Positions 1 through 10,269 of a stretch of 64,000 nt of DNA are shown here, one piece after another. Position numbers and translations under genes: made by a program. The notes below the pieces were generated by a model. It ran no database searches, was not told the origin of the DNA, and saw nothing but the letters and a program-made list of their open reading frames with translations. Source of the stretch: Angustibacter luteus (GTDB taxonomy: Bacteria > Actinomycetota > Actinomycetes > Actinomycetales > Angustibacteraceae); the NCBI RefSeq assembly GCF_039541115.1, contig NZ_BAABFP010000008.1:186001-250000 (forward strand), written 5' to 3'. Numbering within the stretch: the stretch's first letter is position 1; each line of letters starts with the position of its first letter.

Positions 1-51
1 GAGGCGTCGGCGCGCGCGAACGTCGAGGCCGAGCTGCGCGACCTGGGGTGA
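1..51 (+). CDS. 3' end of a gene, probably an HD-domain metal-dependent phosphohydrolase (partial)
   Basis: Reads EASARANVEAELRDLG then TGA. This resembles the C-terminal helix of actinobacterial HD proteins found near DUF4031 genes. Only 16 codons are visible. Confidence 0.4.
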   Translation, partial: EASARANVEAELRDLG

Positions 52-85
52 GCGGCGGGCGGCTGGGGCGCCGGCGCCTGGTGCC

Positions 86-748
86 TCAGCGGGGCCCGCG
101 CAGCCGGTCCAGCAGCGGCAGCCAGTAGGTCAGCGCCGGCAGGTCCGCCAGCTCCTCGGCCGCCGCCCAGCGCAGGGGCTGCTGCTCCGCCAGGGCGGCG
201 ATGAGCTCGGCGGGGCTGACCCCGCGCAGCGCGACGTGCAGCTTGCGGCTGGCGGGCTCGGGACCGAACCGTGCACGCAGGTGGCCGAGCGGCTGACCGC
301 GCTGAGGGTCGGGGAGCGCGGGCAGTGCGTCGTCGGCCAGCGCGAACCGGCCCCCGGCCCGGGCCAGCAGGGCCACGCCGACCGTGGTGTCCGCCGGTGG
401 CCCCAGCCGCGAGGCGATGACGTCGACCCGGTGCGGGCCGACGTCGGGCAGCAGGTGCCCGTCCGGCCAGGTGCGCAGGACGCGTTCGCCCTTGCGCTTG
501 GGCACCCGCAGCCCACTGCGCTGCAGGCCGAGCAGCAGGTCGCGCCCGGCCACCGCGCGGGCGCCGGCCGCGACCAGGGCGTGGTACCGCTCCTGGGGCA
601 CGTCGTAGTGGTCGCCCTCGAACGCCCGCCGCGGCACCCCGGCGGCGGCGGCGAACGCGTGCAGCTCCTCGTACGACACGTCGCTGACCAGGTGCGACCA
701 GAGGCGGCCGTGCGCCGGCCACGCGGGAGGGTCGATGAGGACGGCCAC
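86..748 (-). CDS. DUF4031 domain protein with C-terminal extension
   Basis: VLIDPPAWPAHGRLWSHLVSDVSYEELHAFA...RRAFEGDHYDVP is the DUF4031 pattern. GTG at 748 lies 6 nt after a TACGCT -10-like hexamer, consistent with a leaderless start. Confidence 0.85.
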   Translation of the reverse strand: MAVLIDPPAWPAHGRLWSHLVSDVSYEELHAFAAAAGVPRRAFEGDHYDVPQERYHALVAAGARAVAGRDLLLGLQRSGLRVPKRKGERVLRTWPDGHLLPDVGPHRVDVIASRLGPPADTTVGVALLARAGGRFALADDALPALPDPQRGQPLGHLRARFGPEPASRKLHVALRGVSPAELIAALAEQQPLRWAAAEELADLPALTYWLPLLDRLRGPR

Positions 749-855
749 CAGCGCAGCGTAGGTGAGCCCGAGCCTGTGGATGACCGCAGCGCGGTCGTCG
801 CGACCTCCCCTAGCGTCGGAGGGACACACCCAGCAGGACGACGAGAGGGGCCTTC

Positions 856-1146
856 ATGAGCAGCCAGTTCCAGGTCGACACCGACCGGATCAGCGGCGCG
901 AGCGGCACCGTGCAGCGGATCGGCGCGGACATCGACAGCGCCGTCAGCCGGATGACCAGCGAGCTCACCGCGCTGCAGGACGCCTGGCGCGGCGAGGCGT
1001 CCGGCCGCTTCCACGCGGTCGCGGTCGAGTGGCGGGGGACGCAGGTGCGGGTGCGCGAGGCGTTGGACCACATCGGCCAGCTGCTCGCCCAGGCGGGGCA
1101 GCAGTACGCCGCCGCGGAGCAGCAGAACGCCGCGATGTTCCGCTGA
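856..1146 (+). CDS. WXG100 (ESAT-6-like) type VII secretion target
   Basis: 96 aa, helical, central W-R-G motif, C-terminal YAAAEQQN (YxxxE), preceded by a GAGAGGGG RBS. Confidence 0.92.
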   Translation: MSSQFQVDTDRISGASGTVQRIGADIDSAVSRMTSELTALQDAWRGEASGRFHAVAVEWRGTQVRVREALDHIGQLLAQAGQQYAAAEQQNAAMFR

Positions 1147-1242
1147 GCCGGACTCACTGTCGGGGTCCGTTCACGCCAGGGTCGGCGTGGCGACACCTAT
1201 CGGCGGCGCGAACCGGGTAGAAAGGTGGTGGCACCACGCGAA

Positions 1243-1277
1243 CGAGGCCCCTCCAAGTATGAGTTGGAGGGGCCTCG
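1243..1277. terminator. Intrinsic terminator hairpin, possibly bidirectional
   Basis: Perfect 14-bp stem CGAGGCCCCTCCAA-gtatgag-TTGGAGGGGCCTCG between the WXG100 gene and the candidate minus-strand RNA. Confidence 0.85.
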
Positions 1278-1561
1278 CGTGTGCGTCGCCATGATCACCT
1301 GGCCGGCGAACCGACCCTGCCATCACCCGGGATGACGCCCGCCGCGTCCGGCCTATCCGACAGCCGAGGCCACCGGGACTCCGAACGACGTGCCACGCTC
1401 GACCAGGCCCGTGCGCTCCCGACGTCTCGTCATCGACGTCGCCCGCTCGGCAAGCCGCTCGGGGGTGGAGCACCGGTCTCCTGACCGCCCACCTCAGTCT
1501 GCTGTCGGCGCCTTCCGCTCGGGTTGCCCCGGTCTTCCGGCCCCGCATGCGTTCTGCGGTG
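1243..1561 (-). ncRNA. Candidate ~320-nt structured non-coding RNA, family not recognised
   Basis: No credible ORF. Upstream TTGCGC-N18-TAGAAA(T) promoter-like element. Minus-strand hairpins CGGG-GCAA-CCCG (1520-1531), CGG-CUUG-CCG (1448-1457) and GGUCGG-UUCG-CCGGCC (1301-1316). Ends in a 14-bp terminator. Confidence 0.65.
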
Positions 1562-1567
1562 TGGGAG

Positions 1568-1598
1568 ATTTCTATCCTCCGATCCGACTGCCGCGCAA
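1568..1598 (-). promoter_or_regulatory. Putative sigmaA-type promoter of the candidate ncRNA
   Basis: -35 TTGCGC (1598-1593), 18-nt spacer, -10 TAGAAA(T) (1574-1568). The -10 is an imperfect TANNNT match. Confidence 0.5.
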
Positions 1599-1649
1599 GG
1601 GTTTTGGCGAGATCTCGTCGGAAGAATTTTGGCCGGGTCGCCGCCGGCT

Positions 1650-1792
1650 TGTGGATCATCCTGTGGACCAGGTGTGGATCACATGTGGACGACGAACCGG
1701 CCGTGGGACGGGAGTGGCGTCCCCCAGCGCGCCGCCGTCCCCTGCCGTCATCAACAGGCTGTGGACGCGCTGGGGACGACCGCTGTGGACAA
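1650..1792. repeat. Cluster of DnaA-box-like 9-mers (TGTGGAYNN)
   Basis: TGTGGATCA 1650, TGTGGACCA 1662, TGTGGATCA 1673, TGTGGACGA 1684, TGTGGACGC 1760, TGGGGACGA 1771 and TGTGGACAA 1784. The last is the exact reverse complement of TTGTCCACA. Confidence 0.7.
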
Positions 1793-1804
1793 TCGCGGGG
1801 AACA

Positions 1805-1841
1805 CCGAACCCCCTGTCCACCATGTGGACAGGGGGTTCGG
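1805..1841 (-). terminator. Intrinsic terminator of groEL2
   Basis: 17-bp perfect inverted repeat CCGAACCCCCTGTCCAC-cat-GTGGACAGGGGGTTCGG about 35 nt after the groEL stop, followed by TGTT on the minus strand. Confidence 0.85.
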
Positions 1842-1875
1842 GTCGTTCAGACGCTGTGAGCCAGCGCGGCGGGAC

Positions 1876-3582
<1,707 letters not shown>

Positions 3583-3623
3583 TCACGCGACGCTCGACGG
3601 CCTCACTGATCGGTCGACGTCAG

Positions 3624-3650
3624 GTAGCACTCACGTCGTGCGAGTGCTAG
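3624..3650. promoter_or_regulatory. CIRCE element (HrcA operator) 1
   Basis: GTAGCACTC-N9-GAGTGCTAG upstream of groEL; consensus is TTAGCACTC-N9-GAGTGCTAA. Confidence 0.95.
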
Positions 3651-3658
3651 GTCAATGA

Positions 3659-3685
3659 TTAGCACTCGGCACCCCCGAGTGCAAA
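3659..3685. promoter_or_regulatory. CIRCE element (HrcA operator) 2
   Basis: TTAGCACTC-N9-GAGTGCAAA, in tandem with the first, as is typical of actinobacterial groEL2. Confidence 0.95.
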
Positions 3686-3733
3686 TGCCTGGACCCCTAC
3701 CGCCGCGCGCCGCGCCGGACGATCATGGGCGCC

Positions 3734-4192
3734 ATGAGGCTGAGCAGCCGGGACTGGACCCGTCGGGTGGTGAACGTGCTCACGTTGGCCACGCCGGTCG
3801 GGCTGGCCCTGGCCAGGTCGGGCCACGCCCGGCTGGTGCCCGGGCCGCGCGGCACCTGGGTGGCCACCGGCTACCGCTCCCGCTTCCCGGCTCCGCGGGC
3901 CCCCGCGGTGACGATCGGGGACGTCGTCCTGCTCCGGCTGGACGACGAGCGCCTGGCCCGCCGCCCGCTGCTGCTGACCCACGAGTCGCGGCACAGCGGC
4001 CAGTGGGCGTGCTGGCTCGGCATGCTCGGGTTCCCGGTCGCGTACGGGGTGGCCAGCCTGCTGTCGTGGTGGAAGGTGCGGGACTTCGCGCTGGCCAACG
4101 TGTTCGAGGTGCGCGCCGGACTGGTCGAGGGCGGGTACCTGAGACCGGGCGAGTCGGTCAGCTCGGGTAGTCGGCGCCCAGCACCGCAGTGA
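3734..4192 (+). CDS. Conserved hypothetical protein with HExxH motif (possible DUF4157/zincin-like)
   Basis: AVTIGDVV...LLTHESRHSGQW...NVFEVRAGL pattern. Start could be ATG 3725 or 3734. Confidence 0.75.
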   Translation: MRLSSRDWTRRVVNVLTLATPVGLALARSGHARLVPGPRGTWVATGYRSRFPAPRAPAVTIGDVVLLRLDDERLARRPLLLTHESRHSGQWACWLGMLGFPVAYGVASLLSWWKVRDFALANVFEVRAGLVEGGYLRPGESVSSGSRRPAPQ

Positions 4193-4724
4193 CCCGGGAC
4201 GAGCCGAAGTCCGCGGACTCCTGCACCGCGGCGGGGCTGCCCAGGTCGTCGGCGACGGCCTGCGCCGTCGCCTGCAGCGAGCCCTTGCCGTAGAAGATCG
4301 TCGTGCCGGTGACGGAGCCGGTGTAGTTGCCGGTGCTCCGGATCGTCCAGCCCGCGTTGCGCAGCTTGGTCGCCGCACCGGCGGCCAACCCGCCGCGCTT
4401 GGTGGCGTTCAGCACCGCGACCGGCTGGCTGTGGTCCACCGTCGGCGTCTGGGTGGTGCTCGCGGACTTCGTGCTGGTCGGTGAGGCGGTCTTCGTGCTC
4501 GACGAGGACTTGGTGGAGGTGCCCTTGGTCGTGGTGCCGGTCGCCCCCGAGGTCACGCCCGTGTTCGAGCTGGCCTCATCGGTCCCGCCGCCACCCCACC
4601 AGCCGGTGGCCCACACCACGATCAGCACGACCGCCACGGCCGCGACCAACCAGGGGACGGCACCGGCCGGGCCCAGGCCCGGTGGACGGTGCGCGCCGCG
4701 GCGCTCGTGGAACGTCTGGCTCAT
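4158..4724 (-). CDS. LytR C-terminal domain membrane protein
   Basis: Single TM helix, S/T-rich linker, then VAVLNATKRGGLAAGAA...GNY...TTIFY...VLGADY. Directly follows DUF3263. Confidence 0.9.
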   Translation of the reverse strand: MSQTFHERRGAHRPPGLGPAGAVPWLVAAVAVVLIVVWATGWWGGGGTDEASSNTGVTSGATGTTTKGTSTKSSSSTKTASPTSTKSASTTQTPTVDHSQPVAVLNATKRGGLAAGAATKLRNAGWTIRSTGNYTGSVTGTTIFYGKGSLQATAQAVADDLGSPAAVQESADFGSSRVTAVLGADYPS

Positions 4725-4743
4725 GCTGCGAACGCCCTCAGGG

Positions 4744-5058
4744 TCAGACCTTCATGCCGAGGCGACGGGCCGAGCGGGCCCGCTGACGCGAGGCGCGCAT
4801 GCGGCGCAGCCGCTTGACCAGCATCGGGTCGAGCTCCAGCGCGTCCTGCCGGTCGATCAGCGCGTTGAGCACCTGGTAGTACCGGGTGGCGGACATGTCG
4901 AACAGCTCGCGGATCGCCTGCTCCTTGGCGCCGGCGTACTTCCACCACTGACGCTCGAAGGCCAGGATCTCGGCGTCCCGCTCGCTCAGGCCCGACGCCT
5001 CGCCCACCCCGGCAGAGCCGTGGCCAGCGGTGCGGGGGTCGGTCGTCGCGGCATCCAT
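4744..5058 (-). CDS. DUF3263 domain protein
   Basis: LSERDAEILAFERQWWKYAGAKEQAIRELFDMSATRYYQVLNALID...DPMLVKRLRR signature. Start at 5058 or 5064. Confidence 0.93.
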   Translation of the reverse strand: MDAATTDPRTAGHGSAGVGEASGLSERDAEILAFERQWWKYAGAKEQAIRELFDMSATRYYQVLNALIDRQDALELDPMLVKRLRRMRASRQRARSARRLGMKV

Positions 5059-5134
5059 GCCCACCAGGGTAGACGGTGAACCACACCGATGTCATTCGAC
5101 CCGCTGGGTGAATGCCAGCCCCTGCGCCAACCCC

Positions 5135-6484
5135 CTAGGCCATCGTGTCCAGGATCGTCGAGATGTCCGCCTCGCTGGTGTTCGGGTTGACGATGGCGAA
5201 CCGGGTGACGGTCTCCCCCTCGTGCGTGGTCGGGACGACGAACGCGAAGTTCGCCAGCAGCAGGCGGTCCGACCAGCGCTGGTACTGCTGCGGCGTCCAG
5301 CCCACCCGGCGGAACACGACGACCGAGGTGTCGGGCTCGCGCAGCAGCTCCAGGTAGTCGCGCTGCTCGACCTGCGCGGCGGCGAACCGGGTCACCTCGA
5401 GGGTGCGCTCGACCGCGGCGGCGTAGGCGTCCGTACCGTGGGTGGCGAGGCTGAACCAGAACGGCAGCCCGCGCGCCCGCCGGGTCAGCCCGACCGAGTA
5501 GTCGGACGGGTTGAACTCGGCCGACTCGGTCAGCACGTCGAGGTAGCCGGCCTTCTGGGTGTGCGCGGCCCGGCCGAGCTGGGGGTCGCGGTAGATCAGC
5601 GCGCAGCAGTCGAACGGCGCGAACAGCCACTTGTGCGGGTCCACGATGAACGAGTCGGCCTGCTCGATGCCGTCGTAGCGGGCCCGGATGCTGGGGGCGG
5701 CCAGCCCGGCGCCGCCGTAGGCGCCGTCCACGTGGAACCAGACGCCGAGCTCGGCGCAGACCGCCGCGACCGACGCGAGGTCGTCGACGATGCCGAAGTT
5801 CGTCGTGCCGGCGGTGGCGACGACCGCGAACAGCCCGTCGGTGCCGGTGGACGCCAGCGTCGCCCGCAGGTTCTCGCCGGTCAGCCGGCCGGCGTCGTCG
5901 ACCGGGACGCCCAGGAAGTCGACGTCCATGATGTCGCAGGCGCTCTTGATGGACGAGTGCGCCTGGGTGGTGCCGGCGACCTTCCAGCGGGTCGGCTGCT
6001 CGCCGCCCTCGCGGCGGGCCGCGTGCCGGGCGGCGACGAGCGCGGACAGGTTGCCGATGGTCCCGCCGGGCACGAACACCCCGCCCGCCGACTCGGGCAG
6101 CCCGGCCAGGTCACTGATCCAGCGCAGCGCCGCGTTCTCCGCGTGCACCGCGCCGGCGCCCTCCAGCCAGGACCCGCCGTAGATGGACGACGCCCCGACC
6201 ACCAGGTCGAACAGGGTGCTGGCCTCGGTGGGCGCACAGGGGATGAAGGACAGGTAGCGCGGGTGGTCGGTCGAGATGCAGGCCGGGGCGAGCTCTCTGG
6301 TGAAGAGCTCGAGGGCCGCCACGCCGCCGAGGCCGTCGGCGGTGATGGTCTGCCCGGCCACCTCGTCGAGCTCCGCCTGCGTGCGCGGGCCGTCCAGCGG
6401 CACCGGGTTCATCCGCGAGCGGCGCAGCGTGTAGTCCAGGACGGCTTGGCTCAGGGCCTCGACGTCGGCGTCGAAAGAGTGCAC
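5135..6484 (-). CDS. PLP-dependent group II decarboxylase (aromatic amino acid/glutamate decarboxylase family)
   Basis: GGTIGNL, AHSS, TAGTTNFG, WFHVDGAYG and DPHKW (PLP lysine) motifs. Confidence 0.93.
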   Translation of the reverse strand: MHSFDADVEALSQAVLDYTLRRSRMNPVPLDGPRTQAELDEVAGQTITADGLGGVAALELFTRELAPACISTDHPRYLSFIPCAPTEASTLFDLVVGASSIYGGSWLEGAGAVHAENAALRWISDLAGLPESAGGVFVPGGTIGNLSALVAARHAARREGGEQPTRWKVAGTTQAHSSIKSACDIMDVDFLGVPVDDAGRLTGENLRATLASTGTDGLFAVVATAGTTNFGIVDDLASVAAVCAELGVWFHVDGAYGGAGLAAPSIRARYDGIEQADSFIVDPHKWLFAPFDCCALIYRDPQLGRAAHTQKAGYLDVLTESAEFNPSDYSVGLTRRARGLPFWFSLATHGTDAYAAAVERTLEVTRFAAAQVEQRDYLELLREPDTSVVVFRRVGWTPQQYQRWSDRLLLANFAFVVPTTHEGETVTRFAIVNPNTSEADISTILDTMA

Positions 6485-6505
6485 GAGAGGGAAGTCTAGG
6501 GGCCC

Positions 6506-8227
6506 TCAGTGCGCGCTCAGCACCTCCTGCACGGCGGCCTCCTCGTCGGTTCGGACGTCGACCTGCGGGCTGGGCCTGACCAGCGACATCAGCGCGCCGG
6601 CCACGCACATCACCGCGGCGGCCAGGAACACGACGACGAGGCCGTCGTGCAGCGGGCCGGAGATGAGCTGCGGGAAGAACGTCTTGCCGACCAGGTTCGC
6701 GGCGTGGTCCGGCGACAGCTTCGCCAGCACGTCGGGGCCGACCATCTCGCGCATCGGGTTGTAGCCGAGGAAGGCGGCGAACAGGCTGCCCACGGGCGGC
6801 AGCCCGGCGATCGTGTGCGCGGTGTCGGCCGGGACGCCCTGCGCGGTCAGGCTGCTGCTCAGCTGGGCGGGCAGGTGCTTGGCCAGCCCGGCGATCATCA
6901 GCGAGAAGAAGATGCCGATCGACAGCAGCATGCCGGCGTTCATGAAGGTGGCGCGCATCCCCGAGGCGGCGCCGCGGTCCTGCGGCTGGACGCTGCCCAT
7001 GATCGCGCTGGTGTTGGGCGCGGCGAACAGGCCCGAGCCGATGCCGTTGAGCGCGATCAGCGCCGCGAACCAGCCGTAGTGGAAGTTCACCGGCAGCAGC
7101 AGCAGGCCGACGAAGGACGCCGCAGCGACCATCAGCCCGACGAACGCGAACAGCCGGGAGCCGTACTTGTCGGACAGGTGGCCGGACACCGGGCCCGAGA
7201 CCAGGAAGCCGATGGTCAGCGGCACCAGGTAGATGCCGGCCCACAGCGGGGTGGACTCGTAGTCGTAGCCGTGCAGCGGCAACCAGACGCCCTGCAGCCA
7301 GATGATCAGCATGAACTGCAGGCCACCGCGGGCGATGGAGGACAGCAGGGTGGCCGCATTGCCGTAGGCGAACGTGCGGTCGCGGAAGAGCTCGAGGTGG
7401 AACATCGGGTAGGTGACCCGGCGCTCGACGAACCAGAACGCCACGAGCATGGCCGCACCGCCGATCAGGCCGGCCAGCACCCACGGGTTGGTCCACCCGG
7501 TGTCGTGGCTGCCGTACGGCTGGATGCCGTAGGTGATGCCGGCCAGCATCGCCGTCAGCCCGGCGCCGAACAGGACGTTGCCGACCCAGTCGATGCTCCC
7601 CTTGCCGCGGCTGGTGAGCTCGTGCAGCGACCGGTAGGCCCAGACGGTGCCCACGATGCCGATCGGCACGGAGACCCAGAACACCGAGCGCCAGTGCCAC
7701 TCGGACAGCACGCCGCCGAGCACGAGCCCGATGAAGGAGCCGGCGAGCGCCGCGACCTGGTTGATGCCCAGCGCCATGCCGCGCTGCTCGGTCGGGAAGG
7801 CGTCGGTGAGGATCGCGGTGGAGTTCGCCATCAGCATCGCGCCGCCGACGCCCTGGACGACGCGGAAGCCGATCAGCCACAGGGCGCCCGCGCTGCCGGT
7901 CCACGGGACGAGCGCGAGCGCGACGGAGGCGGCGGCGAACACGGCGAAGCCCGCGTTGTACATCTTGACCCGGCCGTAGATGTCGCCGAGCCGGCCCAGC
8001 GAGACGACCAGGACGGCGGTGACCAGCAGGTAGCCCATCAGCATCCAGAGCAGGTAGCTGACGTTGGACGGCCGCAGCGGGTCGAGCTGGATACCGCGGA
8101 AGATCGCCGGCAGCGAGATCAGCACGATGGACGCGTTCACGGTCGCCAGCAGCACCCCGAGCGTCGTGTTCGACAGCGCGACCCACTTGTAGTGCGGGTG
8201 GGCGGAGTCGTATCGGGGGTTGGGCAC
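6506..8227 (-). CDS. MFS transporter (DHA2, 14-TM type)
   Basis: [11 protein letters not shown] motif [11 protein letters not shown] motif, about 14 hydrophobic segments. Confidence 0.93.
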   Translation of the reverse strand: MPNPRYDSAHPHYKWVALSNTTLGVLLATVNASIVLISLPAIFRGIQLDPLRPSNVSYLLWMLMGYLLVTAVLVVSLGRLGDIYGRVKMYNAGFAVFAAASVALALVPWTGSAGALWLIGFRVVQGVGGAMLMANSTAILTDAFPTEQRGMALGINQVAALAGSFIGLVLGGVLSEWHWRSVFWVSVPIGIVGTVWAYRSLHELTSRGKGSIDWVGNVLFGAGLTAMLAGITYGIQPYGSHDTGWTNPWVLAGLIGGAAMLVAFWFVERRVTYPMFHLELFRDRTFAYGNAATLLSSIARGGLQFMLIIWLQGVWLPLHGYDYESTPLWAGIYLVPLTIGFLVSGPVSGHLSDKYGSRLFAFVGLMVAAASFVGLLLLPVNFHYGWFAALIALNGIGSGLFAAPNTSAIMGSVQPQDRGAASGMRATFMNAGMLLSIGIFFSLMIAGLAKHLPAQLSSSLTAQGVPADTAHTIAGLPPVGSLFAAFLGYNPMREMVGPDVLAKLSPDHAANLVGKTFFPQLISGPLHDGLVVVFLAAAVMCVAGALMSLVRPSPQVDVRTDEEAAVQEVLSAH

Positions 8228-8329
8228 GGGGCCTCCAGAGAAAGATACTTAGACTCGGTATGTAATCTACGCCCGCACTCCCGCGCCGCGCCAGCAGGGT
8301 TCGGGGGCCGCGCACTAACGTGTGCGGAC

Positions 8330-9004
8330 GTGGCGAGGGCACTGAGCGAGCTGATGGACGACGGCTGGGCGCAGGCGCTGGCGCCGGTGGCCGACCAGGT
8401 CGCGCAGATGGGCGACTTCCTGCGGGCCGAGTTGGCCGGCGGCGGGCAGTACCTGCCGGCCGGCGAGCGGGTGCTGGCCGCGTTCGAGCGGCCGTTCGCG
8501 GACGTCCGGGTGCTCGTCGTCGGCCAGGACCCCTACCCGACACCCGGTCACGCCGTCGGGCTGTCCTTCTCGGTGGCGCCCGACGTCCGGCCGATCCCGC
8601 GCAGCCTGCAGAACATCTACCGCGAGCTGAACGCCGACCTGGGCGTGGCACCGCCCCCGCACGGTGACCTGACCGCGTGGTCCGACCAGGGCGTGCTGCT
8701 GCTCAACCGGGTGCTGACGGTGGCGCCGGGAGCGAGCGCGAGCCACCGGGGCAAGGGCTGGGAGGCCGTGACCGACCAGGCCATCCGCGCGCTGGTGGCC
8801 CGCGGCACCCCGCTGGTCGCGCTGCTGTGGGGCAAGGACGCGCAGACCCTGCGACCCCTGCTCGGGGACACCCCCGTGGTGGCCAGCGCCCACCCGAGCC
8901 CGATGTCCGCCGACCGCGGGTTCTTCGGGTCGCGCCCGTTCAGCCGGGTCAACGAGCTGCTGGTCGCCCAGGGCGCCGAGCCGGTGGACTGGTCGCTGCG
9001 GTGA
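8330..9004 (+). CDS. ung: Uracil-DNA glycosylase (family 1)
   Basis: [16 protein letters not shown] and HPSPMS motifs. GTG start 7 nt after a TAACGT -10-like hexamer. Confidence 0.96.
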   Translation: MARALSELMDDGWAQALAPVADQVAQMGDFLRAELAGGGQYLPAGERVLAAFERPFADVRVLVVGQDPYPTPGHAVGLSFSVAPDVRPIPRSLQNIYRELNADLGVAPPPHGDLTAWSDQGVLLLNRVLTVAPGASASHRGKGWEAVTDQAIRALVARGTPLVALLWGKDAQTLRPLLGDTPVVASAHPSPMSADRGFFGSRPFSRVNELLVAQGAEPVDWSLR

Positions 9005-10269
9005 GCTCGGCAGCCCGCCCGCCCCGCCAGGCCCGGCTCGTCCTGCTGGACGTCGGCGGCGACCCGGTCGGGCGGCTCGGGCCGGTCGAGGTCGCGTCGC
9101 CGTGGTGGCCGGACGTCGAGCCGCTCGTCCACGCGGTCCGGGAGCAGCACGGCCTCGACGTGCTCGTGCTGCGAGTGCTGGCCCCCGCCGCCGACGACGG
9201 GTCGCGCGAGCCCGTGGGCGGCGCCGTCACCTACCTCGCCCAGAGCACGCGAGCCCTGACCGCGGAGGAGCTGGCCGGCCTCGAGCCCCCGCCGGCGGCC
9301 GTCCTGGGCGACGCCCTCGACGACCACCCGCTGCGGGCACCGTGGGCGCGACCCGGCGGACCGACGTCCATCCTGACCTGGGCGGACGATGTGCTCTCCC
9401 GGGCGGGGACGCCGCGCACCGCGCCGGCCGAGCAGGTCAAGACGTGGAACCTGTCCTCGATCCTGCGGCTGCCCACCGCGCGGGGGCCGGTCTGGTGCAA
9501 GAGCGCGCCACCGTTCTTCGCGCACGAGGGGGCCATCATCGCCGCGGTCGCGGCGCGCCACCCACGGCTGGTGCCGCACCTGCTCGCGGCCGACCCGGCG
9601 ACGGGCACCGTGCTGATGGCCGACGTGCCGGGCGAGGACCAGTGGTCCGCCGGACCGGCGCGGCTCGCCGACATGGTCGAGGCCGTCGTCGACCTGCAGG
9701 ACGAGTGGGTCGGACGCGCTGACGAGCTGCTCGCCCTCAGGCTGCCCGACTGGCGGGGTCCCGCACTGGCCGGCGCGCTGTCCGCGTTGCTCGCCCGCGA
9801 CGACGTCCGCGACCGGCTCGAGCCGCGCGAGCTCGACGGGGTGGACGGGCTCGCCGCCCGGCTGCCGGCCCTCGTGGCCGAGCTGGACGCCTGCGGGCTC
9901 GGCGACACCCTGGTGCACGGCGACCTGCACGCCGGCAACTGGCGGTACGGCCCGGGCGGCCTGCTGCTGCTCGACTGGGGTGACAGCGGCGTCGGCCACC
10001 CGCTGCTCGACCTGCCGGCCTTCCTGGAGCGGCTGCCCGGGGACCAGCAGGACGCCGTCCGGGCCGGCTGGGTGCGGCAGTGGCGCGCCCGCCGACCGGA
10101 CGCGGACGTCGAGCGCGCCATCGCCCTGGTGCCACCCCTCGCGGCGCTGCGCCAGGCGCTGATCTACCGGACGTTCCTGGACCGGATCGAGCCGGACGAG
10201 CGGATCTACCACCGCGACGACCCGCCGGTCTGGATCAGGCGCGCCCTGCAGCTCAGCGCCACGGACTAG
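9001..10269 (+). CDS. Aminoglycoside phosphotransferase/kinase-like family protein
   Basis: [10 protein letters not shown] and LLDWGD motifs, VWCK lysine. GTGA overlap with the ung stop. Confidence 0.88.
   Translation: MSSAARPPRQARLVLLDVGGDPVGRLGPVEVASPWWPDVEPLVHAVREQHGLDVLVLRVLAPAADDGSREPVGGAVTYLAQSTRALTAEELAGLEPPPAAVLGDALDDHPLRAPWARPGGPTSILTWADDVLSRAGTPRTAPAEQVKTWNLSSILRLPTARGPVWCKSAPPFFAHEGAIIAAVAARHPRLVPHLLAADPATGTVLMADVPGEDQWSAGPARLADMVEAVVDLQDEWVGRADELLALRLPDWRGPALAGALSALLARDDVRDRLEPRELDGVDGLAARLPALVAELDACGLGDTLVHGDLHAGNWRYGPGGLLLLDWGDSGVGHPLLDLPAFLERLPGDQQDAVRAGWVRQWRARRPDADVERAIALVPPLAALRQALIYRTFLDRIEPDERIYHRDDPPVWIRRALQLSATD

Noticed and set aside
1322..1335. TCACCCGGGATGA as another copy of the palindromic activator box
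   Set aside because: The half-site spacing is wrong and it lies inside the candidate RNA, where it is better explained as a hairpin.
1243..1561. Identification of the candidate RNA as Ms1/6S, tmRNA, RNase P or SRP
   Set aside because: I could not match hallmark sequences, and the gene context differs from what I recall for Ms1. Left unassigned pending an Rfam search.
1650..1692. 11-12-nt periodic repeats as a mini-CRISPR or plasmid iterons
   Set aside because: The units are 9-mers matching DnaA-box consensus, with no spacers and no rep gene.
6509..9004. 831-aa ORF as a giant uracil-DNA glycosylase fusion
   Set aside because: The first ~600 codons are the antisense of the MFS gene and its promoter. 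The real ung starts near 8330.
9001..10269. Antibiotic resistance gene (APH)
   Set aside because: Only the generic kinase-like motifs are present. It is coupled to ung in a chromosomal context, and nothing supports aminoglycoside specificity.
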